From NCBI GenBank assembly GCA_049609665.1, contig JBMYYT010000002.1:1-41420 (forward strand): DNA of 41,420 nucleotides, given 5' to 3'. Source of the DNA: Flavobacteriales bacterium. GTDB lineage: Bacteria; Bacteroidota; Bacteroidia; Flavobacteriales_D; CAJJDF01. The notes beneath the pieces are model-generated. The model had not been told where the DNA came from, did no database searches, and was given only the letters and a program-made list of their open reading frames with translations. Below are positions 19,622 through 28,995 of this stretch, piece by piece (the stretch's first letter is position 1; every line of letters starts with the position of its first letter). Both the position numbers and the translations under genes were made by a program.

Positions 19622-21415
19622 TTAAAAAATTGTTGCTCCAGTTTCACTGGTGGAAATTAAAGCTCTTACATTATCAAATAATTCTCGTCCAGTACCATTT
19701 TTACGTTTCGGAATTTTAACTGGCTCTCTTTTCGTTACTTCCTCTTCATTCAAGCAATTCAACTCACCCGTGTTGCAATCTAATTTTAACTCATCTCCAT
19801 CTCTTAAAAAAGGCAATAAGCCTCCATCCAATGCTTCTGGAGAAACATGAATAGCCGAAGGAACTTTTCCTGAAGCTCCCGACATTCTTCCATCCGTAAC
19901 TAACGCTACTTTAAATCCATTGTGTTGAAGAATACTTAAGGTTGGTGTTAATTTATGTAGTTCCGGCATTCCAAGCGCTTTAGGCCCTTGAAATCTTACA
20001 ACCACAATGCAATCTTTATTAAGCTTACCTGCTTTAAAAGCCTCTATAACATCATCCTGATCGTCAAAAACCATTGCTGGGGCTTCCACCACTCTATTCT
20101 CTTTTTTTACTGCAGAAACCTTACAAACGGCTTTCCCAATGTTTCCTCTAATTAATTTTATTCCGCCTTCTTCATCGAATGGAGATTTTACAGAAGAAAT
20201 TACCTCTTTGTCCAGCGATTCTTTTGGACCTTCTTTAAAAAATAATTCATTTTCTTTTAAAAAAGGTTCATTGATATAATTCTTTAATCCTTTGCCCACA
20301 ACAGTTGTTACATCCTCATGAAGCAAGTCGTTTTCTAACAAAGTTCTCATTACGTAGGACATTCCTCCAGCAGCATGAAAGTGATTAATATCGGCCTTCC
20401 CATTAGGATATACTTTGGTAATGGAAGGAATTACTTTGGATAGGTCTGAAAAATCTTCCCAATCAATTAGTATTCCTGCAGATTTGGCAATAGCAACCAT
20501 GTGCATAGTGTGGTTAGTAGAACCACCTGTTGCTAACAAACCTATCAATCCATTTACAATACTCTTTTCGTCAATAATCTGATAAAGAGGGATTTTATTT
20601 TCCTCATCAATATTTCGTATCAATTGTTTTACTGCTTCATCAGTTAGTGCGTCTCTCAGAGGAGTTTTTGTGTTGACAAATGAAGAACCCGGCAAATGTA
20701 ATCCCATGATTTCCATGAGCATTTGATTGCTGTTTGCAGTACCATAAAAAGTACATGTTCCGGCTGAGTGGTAAGAGGCTGATTCTCCCTTTAATAATTC
20801 TTCTCGAGAAATTATACCATTGGCATAATCTTGTCTTATTCTTGCTTTCTCGTCATTGGAAATCCCTGTTTCCATAGGACCTCCTGGAACAAATACCGTG
20901 GGTAAATGACCAAACTTAAGTGCACCAATCAATAATCCAGGAACTATCTTATCACAAATCCCAAGGCATAGTGTCCCATCAAACATATTGTGAGAAAGAG
21001 CAATTACCGCAGACATAGCAATAACATCCCTACTCAATAATGACAATTCCATACCGGCTTGACCTTGAGTAACTCCATCACACATTGCCGGAACTCCTCC
21101 TGCAAATTGAGCTACAGCACCATTTTCTTGTGCTGTTTTTCTAATCTGATCCGGATAAGTCTCGTAGGTTTTGTGCGCAGATAACATATCATTGAAAGAA
21201 GAAATTATAGCCAAATTAGGCGTTTTAACTCCTGATAACTCTGTTTTTTCATGGTCATTGCATGCAGCAAAAGCATGAGCTAAATTCCCGCAAGATAGTG
21301 CTGCTCTTGAACGACCTTTTTCTTCCGCTTCTTTCATTTGAATTAAATAAGCCGAACGAGTCTTTGAACTCCTTTCGATAATTCGATTCGTAACCTCAAT
21401 AATCGTTTTATTCAT
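19622..21415 (-). CDS. edd: 6-phosphogluconate dehydratase
   Basis: VTNRIIERS, CGNLAHAFAAC, NDMLSAH, CDGVTQG, CDKIVPG, GMPELHKLTP, TDGRMSGASGKVP. Confidence 0.97.
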   Translation of the reverse strand: MNKTIIEVTNRIIERSSKTRSAYLIQMKEAEEKGRSRAALSCGNLAHAFAACNDHEKTELSGVKTPNLAIISSFNDMLSAHKTYETYPDQIRKTAQENGAVAQFAGGVPAMCDGVTQGQAGMELSLLSRDVIAMSAVIALSHNMFDGTLCLGICDKIVPGLLIGALKFGHLPTVFVPGGPMETGISNDEKARIRQDYANGIISREELLKGESASYHSAGTCTFYGTANSNQMLMEIMGLHLPGSSFVNTKTPLRDALTDEAVKQLIRNIDEENKIPLYQIIDEKSIVNGLIGLLATGGSTNHTMHMVAIAKSAGILIDWEDFSDLSKVIPSITKVYPNGKADINHFHAAGGMSYVMRTLLENDLLHEDVTTVVGKGLKNYINEPFLKENELFFKEGPKESLDKEVISSVKSPFDEEGGIKLIRGNIGKAVCKVSAVKKENRVVEAPAMVFDDQDDVIEAFKAGKLNKDCIVVVRFQGPKALGMPELHKLTPTLSILQHNGFKVALVTDGRMSGASGKVPSAIHVSPEALDGGLLPFLRDGDELKLDCNTGELNCLNEEEVTKREPVKIPKRKNGTGRELFDNVRALISTSETGATIF

Positions 21416-21425
21416 GTTTTATAAT

Positions 21426-22109
21426 TTAGGGTGCCCAATATAAAATTGGTTCAATTCCTCTATCATTCAATATTGTATCGATAGGAAGTTGATCATTTCG
21501 CTCTTCGTTTTTGATAATTTCAAGTTTGGATTCTCCTGTTATAAAAATAATCAAATGGTTTGCCTTTCTCAAATAATTCCAACTGTGTGAAATTCGTTTG
21601 TGAGGATAATCAGGTGCTTTAGTATAAATTAAATTTGAATCCGATATAAGTGATAACCCCAGAGCTGAATTTTTATCGTTTGGAAATAGTGAAGCGAAAT
21701 GTCCATCGCCTCCCATTCCAAGTATTACGATATCAGGATTGCCAATCGATTGAACTGATTCTAATGCATCATCCATATTTGATGACTCTTCTTCGGGATT
21801 GAAAACCAAAGGATAAAATGCTGGTGGAGTACTTTTAATATTTTTAATAAAAAAATTTCTTAGTAATAAAGCATTGGAATATTGGTCTTCATGATTTACC
21901 ATCCTGTCATCTACCAATCCTATTTTTACTTTGCTCCAATCTATGTTGGCTTTTGCTAATTTCGCAAAAAGTCCTTTTGGAGTTGAACCTCCTGACAACA
22001 ATATACTTGCAGAATCATTTTTTGATATACTGTAAGTTAAAGCATCAATTATATAAGCGGATAAATCAGCTTCTAAATTCTCTTTTGATTTAAATTTCAG
22101 AGTTTTCAT
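21426..22109 (-). CDS. pgl: 6-phosphogluconolactonase (DevB type)
   Basis: LSGGSTP, VDDR, LGMGGDGHFASLFP. Start placed at ATG 22109 because of the ATGA overlap with the zwf stop (track start 22136). Confidence 0.93.
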   Translation of the reverse strand: MKTLKFKSKENLEADLSAYIIDALTYSISKNDSASILLSGGSTPKGLFAKLAKANIDWSKVKIGLVDDRMVNHEDQYSNALLLRNFFIKNIKSTPPAFYPLVFNPEEESSNMDDALESVQSIGNPDIVILGMGGDGHFASLFPNDKNSALGLSLISDSNLIYTKAPDYPHKRISHSWNYLRKANHLIIFITGESKLEIIKNEERNDQLPIDTILNDRGIEPILYWAP

Positions 22110-23566
22110 AGCGAATCTTCTTTTGATTGATACCAACTATGTTCTGGATTTAAAACCTCATCTCCAGGCCCCCAAGATCCTGCTTTGTAGAGCTCAAGCT
22201 CTTGATTCGTTTTTTTCCAATTTTGAGTAATTGAATTAATCCATTTCCAAGATGCTCTCACTTCATCCTCACGCATAAATAGAGTTTGATTTCCTCTGAT
22301 TACATCCATCAATAATCTTTCATAAGCATCTGGAAAACGCTTCTCAAAAGAACCACCATAATCCAATTCCAGTGAAGTAGGCTTGTATCTATATCCTCCA
22401 GGCCCTGGAATTTTTGCCATTTGTACCAGCTCAATTCTTTCTTCGGGTTGAAGTCTTATAATTAGTTTATTTCGATCTATCTTTTTTCCAGAAGGGAAAA
22501 TATTATGAGGAACTCTTTTGAAGTTTATAATAATCTCCGAGAATCTTCTTTTCATTCTTTTTCCTGTTCTCAGGTAAAAAGGAACTCCTGTCCACCTCCA
22601 ATTGTCTACATAAGTTTTAAGAGCCACAAAAGTCTCCGTAGACGAATCATAAGTGTCTATATCTTCTTGGTAGGATTGGACGTGCTTATCGTCAATTTCT
22701 CCACGTGTATATTGACCTCTAACAGTTGATTTAACAATTGAATTTGAATCGAAAGGTCTAAGAGCTTTCAATACTTTTAATTTTTCATCTCTTACGTTGT
22801 CAGCGTTTAATTTTGCTGGTGGTTCCATTGCTACCAAACATAATAGTTGTAACAAATGGTTTTGAACCATATCTTTCAAAGCTCCGAATTTATCGTAGTA
22901 ACCTTTTCTGGAACCCACACCTAAAGATTCTGCAACGGTAATCTGGACATTATCTATATTTTTTGCGTCCCAAGCTAATTCAAATAAGTGATTGGCAAAT
23001 CGAAGAACCATTAAATTTTGAACTGTTTCTTTGCCTAAATAATGATCAATTCTGTATATCTGAGTTTCGTTAAAATATTCCCTAACTTCCGTATTCAGTT
23101 GTTCAAAAGATTTCAAATCTGAACCTAAAGGTTTTTCCAATACAACTTTCGATTCGCTATTGATAATATCGTTTTCGGAAAGAAATTTTGAAATAATACC
23201 GAAAAGGAAAGAAGGTGTGGAATAATAAAAAACGTTTTGGTTGGATTTACTTTTTGCTAATTCCTCTCCCAAGTTTATATAATCTTCATTTTGAGTTAAA
23301 TCCATTTTAAAATAGGACACCATTCCCTTGATTTTTTTCACAATTAAATCTTCTAATTCAGGAACATGAAGAGTTAAATGTTCTTTTAATTGGTTAAAAA
23401 AAGAAGGAGTATCCAATGGATTTTTTGAAACCACAATAATCTTTGTCTCAGTAGTGATTTGATTATCTTCGATCCGATAATAAAGTGCTGGGAAAATCTT
23501 TCTTAAAGCCAGATCACCATCACCACCAAAGATTACAATATTTGCGTTTTTTAAAGTTTTATTCAT
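22106..23566 (-). CDS. zwf: Glucose-6-phosphate 1-dehydrogenase
   Basis: IFGGDGDL, EKPLG, RIDHYLGKE, DMVQNH, RWTGVPFYLRTGK, AYERL. Likely start ATG 23566 (track start 23620 lies inside the promoter/operator). Confidence 0.97.
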   Translation of the reverse strand: MNKTLKNANIVIFGGDGDLALRKIFPALYYRIEDNQITTETKIIVVSKNPLDTPSFFNQLKEHLTLHVPELEDLIVKKIKGMVSYFKMDLTQNEDYINLGEELAKSKSNQNVFYYSTPSFLFGIISKFLSENDIINSESKVVLEKPLGSDLKSFEQLNTEVREYFNETQIYRIDHYLGKETVQNLMVLRFANHLFELAWDAKNIDNVQITVAESLGVGSRKGYYDKFGALKDMVQNHLLQLLCLVAMEPPAKLNADNVRDEKLKVLKALRPFDSNSIVKSTVRGQYTRGEIDDKHVQSYQEDIDTYDSSTETFVALKTYVDNWRWTGVPFYLRTGKRMKRRFSEIIINFKRVPHNIFPSGKKIDRNKLIIRLQPEERIELVQMAKIPGPGGYRYKPTSLELDYGGSFEKRFPDAYERLLMDVIRGNQTLFMREDEVRASWKWINSITQNWKKTNQELELYKAGSWGPGDEVLNPEHSWYQSKEDSL

Positions 23567-23577
23567 AACGGTTAAAA

Positions 23578-23585
23578 CAAATATA
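23578..23585 (-). promoter_or_regulatory. Putative sigma-A -7 element of the zwf-pgl-edd-eda operon
   Basis: Minus strand reads TATATTTG (TAnnTTTG); a TTG lies about 22 nt upstream, inside the operator palindrome. Confidence 0.55.
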
Positions 23586-23592
23586 CAAATAG

Positions 23593-23613
23593 TTATTGTA
23601 AAAAATACAATAA
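23593..23613. promoter_or_regulatory. NrtR/AraR-type operator upstream of zwf
   Basis: Palindrome with perfect 7-bp arms, TTATTGT-AAAAAAT-ACAATAA; GT-N7-AC core typical of NrtR-family sites. Confidence 0.8.
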
Positions 23614-23641
23614 GACACAAGAAATCACTGAAATTCGAACT

Positions 23642-24514
23642 CTACCCTAACTGCTTAACAGTTTGGTTGTCAGAATGAAATTCCGTTAACTCTTCAATAG
23701 GACAGCGTGTAATTTTTTTTATGCTCATACCGTATTCACTTGCTACTTCCTTTAGTATTTCATCATAATAAAAGGCTATAGATCCTACGAAGCCTAACTC
23801 ATAACTATTGAAGTTAGGGTAAGGTACGATTCTTACTTCAAAGAAATTCTTAAATCCTTTATAGATTATATCTCTAAGTACCTTATGATGAAGATTTGCA
23901 TGGTAGAAATAAGCAAAGCTTGCTAAGAAAACATTCGGGCTACTTTCTTTATAGGTGGTATTAAGAATTTGATCCTTTGACAATTTAAACTCATTTTCAA
24001 ATGACTTTTTTAACTCGTCATCCATTTTGTCACTTAAGTAGAGTTTTAATAATTCTATTCCCAAATGGGAACCACTTCCTTCGTCTCCAAAAATATATCC
24101 ATGAGAAGCAATATTGGCTTTCTCTTCAGAGTCCTCCCAAACACATGAGTTAGCTCCAGTACCTAAAATACAAGCTATTCCATCGCCATTGCCTAATGTA
24201 GCTCTTGCTGCTGCAATCATGTCATGATTTACATATATTCTTGCTTTTAAAAATTGAGGTTGCAGTCCATTTTTAACGACTGTGGTTCTTTCAGTAGAAG
24301 AACAACCTGCACCATAATAATGTATTTCAGTTACCTTATCCAAATCCAGTTTTGATTTAGAAAAAGATTTAAATATCTCGTTAAAGATAAATTCAGCTGT
24401 TTGAAAATATGGGTTAAATCCTATCGTCTTTATTTTTTCTACAATTTCAGAATTTGAATCAATAATTACCCAATCCGTTTTGGTAGAACCGCTATCTGCT
24501 ATTACTTTATACAT
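23642..24514 (-). CDS. BadF/BadG/BcrA/BcrD (ASKHA) family sugar kinase, N-acetylglucosamine-kinase-like; probable glucokinase in this context
   Basis: ADSGSTKTDW, YYGAGC, ACILGTGANS, GYIFGDEGSG, FVGSIA. Confidence 0.85.
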   Translation of the reverse strand: MYKVIADSGSTKTDWVIIDSNSEIVEKIKTIGFNPYFQTAEFIFNEIFKSFSKSKLDLDKVTEIHYYGAGCSSTERTTVVKNGLQPQFLKARIYVNHDMIAAARATLGNGDGIACILGTGANSCVWEDSEEKANIASHGYIFGDEGSGSHLGIELLKLYLSDKMDDELKKSFENEFKLSKDQILNTTYKESSPNVFLASFAYFYHANLHHKVLRDIIYKGFKNFFEVRIVPYPNFNSYELGFVGSIAFYYDEILKEVASEYGMSIKKITRCPIEELTEFHSDNQTVKQLG

Positions 24515-24516
24515 AG

Positions 24517-25780
24517 TTATATTACTTTAAATGGAATATTACCAGTGGCTACATTCCCATTTCCATCATGAACAAAAAGAAATAATCTATACTCCCCTTT
24601 ACCAGGAGTTTTAAAAGTTACTTTATTTTTGTTCTTATCCGTTTTATTAAAAATTCCTCTTACGGGTTTTGGAGACTTCTCTGCATCTCCACCTGTTTTT
24701 TTATCTGTACTTTCAGGAATAATCATCCATTCATAAATTAAGTTATCCTTGTCTTTATCTTCAATAATAACTGAAGCCTTCATTTCCGAATTCTCCTTGA
24801 TTTTAATATTATCCTTAGATGTCTTCTCGTTTATTCTAAACTTATCAATTGAAGGAGCAAAATTATTTGGATCTTTATTGCTCCAGTTTTTTATCAACAC
24901 ATCCATAACCTGAGTTTCATCTCCAGCCTCTGTAAACAAACCAAACCAAGTAGAGGTGTGTTCTTGCTTTTGTCCCCAAAGAAAAACATAAGAACCAAGA
25001 CAATTAACCGAATCGGAAGTAATTGCCTTGATGCTTTTTTCGTATGTTTCTGCTTTCTCGGTACTATTCTGTTCAATAGATGCTCCCCATTCTGTCTTTT
25101 GTACTTCCCACCAACCATAAGGTCCCCATTCAGCTACTACATAAGGTTTTTTTCCAACCATATACTTTTATAGCTTCAGGTAAATATGAAATATCCCCGT
25201 ATGTATTAACACCTAAAATATCCAGACTTGGCGTATGTTTATTGATTAATTTTACTTCTGCCACATCCAATCCTGCTGTTACAGCCATTGTAGGGTGATT
25301 AGGGTCCTCTTCGTGAATCATTTTGACTAATTCTTCCAAATACTTCCAAACATCGAAGTTGGTGTAATCCAAATCCATTTCATTTCCAACTCCCCAAAGT
25401 AGAATAGCTGGATGATTTTTGTATTTTCTCACCACTCTTCTAAACTCTTCAACTTGAGCCTTGATTGCTCCTTCATTGGAGTAATCAAATCCTTGTCGCT
25501 CCTGCCCCATCCAAATGCCAAATGTCACAGTAATTCCATTTTTATGAGCTTCTTCAAGAATCGCATCTGTTTCTGGACTTATTCCCCAAGTACGTATTGA
25601 ATTTCCGCCATAACTTTTCAACTTTTCAAGCTCCACTGTTCCTCCCGCTCCTTTGATGTAATAGGGCTTACCGTCCTTTAGCAATTGAAATCCATTCTCC
25701 GTAGTCTTTACTTCTACTTTTGAAGCAAAGGCACCTAAGAAAACAAGGTTTAATATAATATATGTAACTATTTTTTTCAT
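24517..25780 (-). pseudogene. Clan GH-A glycoside hydrolase (GH2 TIM-barrel/GH158-like), split by a +1 frameshift at an A7 tract (25147-25153)
   Basis: ORF 25130-25780 has a signal peptide, NSIRTWG and WGVGNEM (acid/base). ORF 24517-25161 has PYVVAEWGP (nucleophile), GSYVFLWG and an Ig-like tail. Deleting one A joins them as ...YGWKKPYVVAEWG... Confidence 0.8.
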
Positions 25781-26580
25781 TTATTCTGGTAAACTTTTAC
25801 GTAATCTACTTCCATAAATTTAGCTGTTCTTAACCCAGCATTATCTACGTTTCCACCTAAATTACCTCCTACTGCAACATTTAACAATAGATGAAATTCA
25901 GCATCAAAAGGCCAAGTAGCACTTACTTGTGAATTGGTTCTTAACACTTGAAAAGACTGAACATCATCCAAAAACCAAGTAATTTTATTTGCGTCCCATT
26001 CAATAGTATATTTATGAAACAAATTATCATACACAATGGGTTCCAAATCCCCTAATTGCCTTCTGTTTCCTAAATTATCAGCAAAATGAATCGTATTGAA
26101 TATTTCACTTGATCTGTTTCCTACAAACTCCATAATGTCGATTTCTCCACTTATTGGCCAGCCTTCACTTGGATTAGTTGGCAACATCCAGAAAGCATGC
26201 CATAGTCCTCCCGAGTTTGACATTCGCATAGAAGCTTCAATTTTTCCATATTTAAAGTCTCCCTTATTCAAAGATCTGATTCTGCCAGAAGTAAAATCCA
26301 AACCTCCAAAACTTTCGGCAATAGCTCCAATTTTTAAGGTACCAGAAGAAACAGATACATTGTTTTCTCTGTAATATTGTTCTTCGTTATTTCCCCATCT
26401 GTACAATCCATAACGAGATCCGTCCCCGATCATATGTTCCCATTTGGAGAGATCTAAACTTGTGCCATTAAAATTATCTTCCCATACCAAGTCATACTTA
26501 GTAACAAGTGGGTCGCTTTGCCTGCAATTATTAAAAAGAATAATTGCAAGTAAAACAGCAAATAATGATTTAATAGCCAT
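25777..26580 (-). CDS. GH16 endo-beta-1,3-glucanase (laminarinase-like) lipoprotein
   Basis: GEIDIME catalytic motif, WGNNEEQYY, FTSGRI, WHAFWML, LLNVAVGG, MEVDYVKVY. Lipoprotein signal ending FNNC from ATG 26580. Confidence 0.92.
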   Translation of the reverse strand: MAIKSLFAVLLAIILFNNCRQSDPLVTKYDLVWEDNFNGTSLDLSKWEHMIGDGSRYGLYRWGNNEEQYYRENNVSVSSGTLKIGAIAESFGGLDFTSGRIRSLNKGDFKYGKIEASMRMSNSGGLWHAFWMLPTNPSEGWPISGEIDIMEFVGNRSSEIFNTIHFADNLGNRRQLGDLEPIVYDNLFHKYTIEWDANKITWFLDDVQSFQVLRTNSQVSATWPFDAEFHLLLNVAVGGNLGGNVDNAGLRTAKFMEVDYVKVYQNK

Positions 26581-26606
26581 TGAAATAACTTTATTGAATA
26601 AGTAAT

Positions 26607-26623
26607 AGCCAACCTTGTTGGCC
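26607..26623 (-). terminator. Short intergenic hairpin (possible weak terminator or mRNA stabiliser)
   Basis: Minus strand GGCCAAC-AAG-GTTGGCT followed by ATTACTTATT. Confidence 0.35.
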
Positions 26624-26646
26624 ATCACTTAAATATAGGTTAAATA

Positions 26647-28983
26647 TTAATTTTTTACAATTCTTGAGGTTGCAACACCTTCTGTTGTCGTTGCTCTCAA
26701 CATATACATTCCAGGAGCTAAATTAGTTGCATCGATTTTAGTAATTCTTACGTTTGGAACTGATGAATACACCAAGTTACCTTTTAAGTCATAAACCTCA
26801 ATCTTAGTGATGTTGTTATCTTCAGATTTAACTGTCCATTGATTATTCGTTGGATTTGGATATACACTTAATTCCTCATTCTTTATCTCCTGTGTCCCAA
26901 CATAAGCTGGTCCCCATCTTACATCATCGAAATAGTAAGTTTTACCAGAACCAGTGTTTCCGAAATCAAAGAATATCGAAGCTTTGTCGTAAACCCATCC
27001 TGCAGCTAATCCTGCACTTAACTGTGCAGTCCCTGCTGCTTCATTTGAGAAATCAAATATTAAGATGTCCCATCCTCCATTTACAGTTGTGGTTGCTTCA
27101 GTTTCACAAGTATGGGTTGCATCGTTGTGATCTTCCACTTTTAGTCGAACTACAGTGTTCGAATCTGGTGACCAAACTCTTACACTCATAATATTATCAG
27201 TTAAAGTGAACGGAAGTAACGCATTAAATCCTAATGATGTACCAATTGTTGTTCCTGCCCAAGTCTGAGCACCAGCAGTTTTATCAACTTTCATCACATG
27301 ATTCGTAGTATCTGTTGGGTCTTTAACCAAAGTAGAAGAATTTCCTCCAAAATCAGTCATTGTGTAATCTACTGCTGTATCTTCAAAAGTTACAGTTAAG
27401 TGAATTTGCAGTTTTGATGGTGGTGGTGGCGGAGGTGATGTTGTGTCTCCTCCGAGCATTAAATTATCGAAATAGAAAGTATCCTGAGCTCCTGCTGTTC
27501 CAAAATCAAAGAACAAAGATGCCTTGTCATAAGTATTTGTCAAATTCAACGCTGGTGTTCCGGTTACTGGATTCTTAAAGTTAAATGTTAAAGTATCCCA
27601 ACCACCAGCAGTTACAGTCATGGCTTCAGTCTCACAACTAATAGCTGAATTTGATGCGTCTTCTACTTTTAATCTAATTGGAGTTCCTGCTGATGCCGAC
27701 CAAACCTTTACGGACATCAATGTATCGTTAACAGTAAATGGAATAGCTGTTGCAAAGCCACTTGGAGTTCCAACAGTCGTTCCTGACCAAGTTTGAGCCC
27801 CAGTTGGTTTTACCACACACATTACTGTATTTGTTGGGTCAGTCGGATCAGTAGCTATACTGTCCGTGTTTCCTCCAAAACTTGTCATCGTATAATCTAC
27901 CGTTGAATCTTCAAAAGTTACGGGCAAATCAATTTGTGAAAGAATTACCGGTATCCCTCCAAAGTAAACATCATCAAAATAAAAAGTATCTTGTGCTCCA
28001 GCTACATTGAAATCAAAGAAAATGGAAGCTTTGTCGTAAGTGTAAGTGAAATTCAAGGCTGCAGTTCCTGTTGCTGGAACTCCAAAATCAAAAGTTAAAG
28101 TATCCCATCCTCCGGTCATTGTGGTCATTGCATCCGTTTCGCAAGTTCGGGTTGCATCAGTTGCATCTTCCACTTTTAATCTAATTGTTTTTCCAGATGC
28201 TGGAGACCATACTCTTACCGTCATCTTTTGATCTGTTGCAGTAAATGGTAAAGCTGTTGCAAATCCTGTTGCAGTTCCAATAGTAGTCCCAGCCCATGTT
28301 TGTGCGCCTGTTGTCTTAATTGCACACATTACCTTGTTTCCTGACATTGTTGGATCTGCTGTCAATGCCGATGCATTTCCTCCAAAGTCTGTCATTGTGT
28401 AATCTACTGTTGTGTCTTCAAAGGTTACTGGCAAATTAATTTGTGATAGTGCTGCTGGTGGAGATACCGGTCCAGAAATTGAGACAGAATCTAATCCAAA
28501 ACCTAAAGTATTTGTATTTCTAAAAGAAATTATAAACTCTAAACTTGTACACCCTACCGGTGCAACAACTGAATCAACATACATCGTAACTGTGCTTCCT
28601 ATAACATCCTGATAAGATGTGTATGAAGTCCAAGAAGCATTTGAAAGATCATAAAGACTAACTCTCAAATCTGTTGTGTCACCTGGTACCGTTGCAGCCC
28701 ACATTTTAATAACATAGGTCGTTCCAGGAACAACAGTTATTGCTTTAGTTGTAAGTCTTTTATGTCCAGAGCCTATATTAATAATGTTAGCAAAGGAAGT
28801 TCCATAATTGGCTCCCATTGTTACTTCACTAACATTTGAGGCAGACACATTGGTTTTGGTGCCAAAAAAATCTGTTGGATTTCCTGAAGCATCCCAAGAT
28901 GATAAGTCACTTTGAAAAACGACCTGCGATATGGAAAAATTAGATAATAAACCTAACGCGATTAGAGTAAATATTCTTTTCAT
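26647..28983 (-). CDS. T9SS-secreted non-catalytic protein: N-terminal jelly-roll-like domain, three tandem CBM-like repeats, CTD
   Basis: Signal peptide; three ~165-170 aa repeats QI.LPVTFED..VDYTMT.FGGN...W.GTT.GT...V.VWS...RLKVED...GGWD.L.F...YDKAS.FFDF...YFD; poly-Pro linker; CTD LSVYPNPT...PGMYML...RIVKN. Confidence 0.8.
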   Translation of the reverse strand: MKRIFTLIALGLLSNFSISQVVFQSDLSSWDASGNPTDFFGTKTNVSASNVSEVTMGANYGTSFANIINIGSGHKRLTTKAITVVPGTTYVIKMWAATVPGDTTDLRVSLYDLSNASWTSYTSYQDVIGSTVTMYVDSVVAPVGCTSLEFIISFRNTNTLGFGLDSVSISGPVSPPAALSQINLPVTFEDTTVDYTMTDFGGNASALTADPTMSGNKVMCAIKTTGAQTWAGTTIGTATGFATALPFTATDQKMTVRVWSPASGKTIRLKVEDATDATRTCETDAMTTMTGGWDTLTFDFGVPATGTAALNFTYTYDKASIFFDFNVAGAQDTFYFDDVYFGGIPVILSQIDLPVTFEDSTVDYTMTSFGGNTDSIATDPTDPTNTVMCVVKPTGAQTWSGTTVGTPSGFATAIPFTVNDTLMSVKVWSASAGTPIRLKVEDASNSAISCETEAMTVTAGGWDTLTFNFKNPVTGTPALNLTNTYDKASLFFDFGTAGAQDTFYFDNLMLGGDTTSPPPPPPSKLQIHLTVTFEDTAVDYTMTDFGGNSSTLVKDPTDTTNHVMKVDKTAGAQTWAGTTIGTSLGFNALLPFTLTDNIMSVRVWSPDSNTVVRLKVEDHNDATHTCETEATTTVNGGWDILIFDFSNEAAGTAQLSAGLAAGWVYDKASIFFDFGNTGSGKTYYFDDVRWGPAYVGTQEIKNEELSVYPNPTNNQWTVKSEDNNITKIEVYDLKGNLVYSSVPNVRITKIDATNLAPGMYMLRATTTEGVATSRIVKN
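26911..28443 (-). repeat. Three intragenic domain repeats (starts 28443, 27936, 27408; periods 507 and 528 bp)
   Basis: Recognisable at protein and DNA level, e.g. recurring + strand TCTTCAAA(A/G)GTTAC and AAAGTATCCCA. Confidence 0.9.
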
Positions 28984-28995
28984 AATTATATTTTA

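Noticed and set aside
23567-23620. Longer ORF-track starts for zwf (also pgl 22136, GH16 26628, 30381, 38525, 12912)
   Set aside because: The extensions run through operator/promoter DNA or upstream genes and displace signal peptides; downstream ATGs fit better.
24517-25161. Treating the downstream GH half as an independent gene
   Set aside because: It has no signal peptide and begins mid-TIM-barrel; it makes sense only as the continuation of 25130-25780.
26911-28443. DNA repeats as a CRISPR array or DGR template/variable repeats
   Set aside because: They are in-frame ~500-bp domain duplications with general divergence; no spacers, cas genes, reverse transcriptase or adenine-specific differences were seen.
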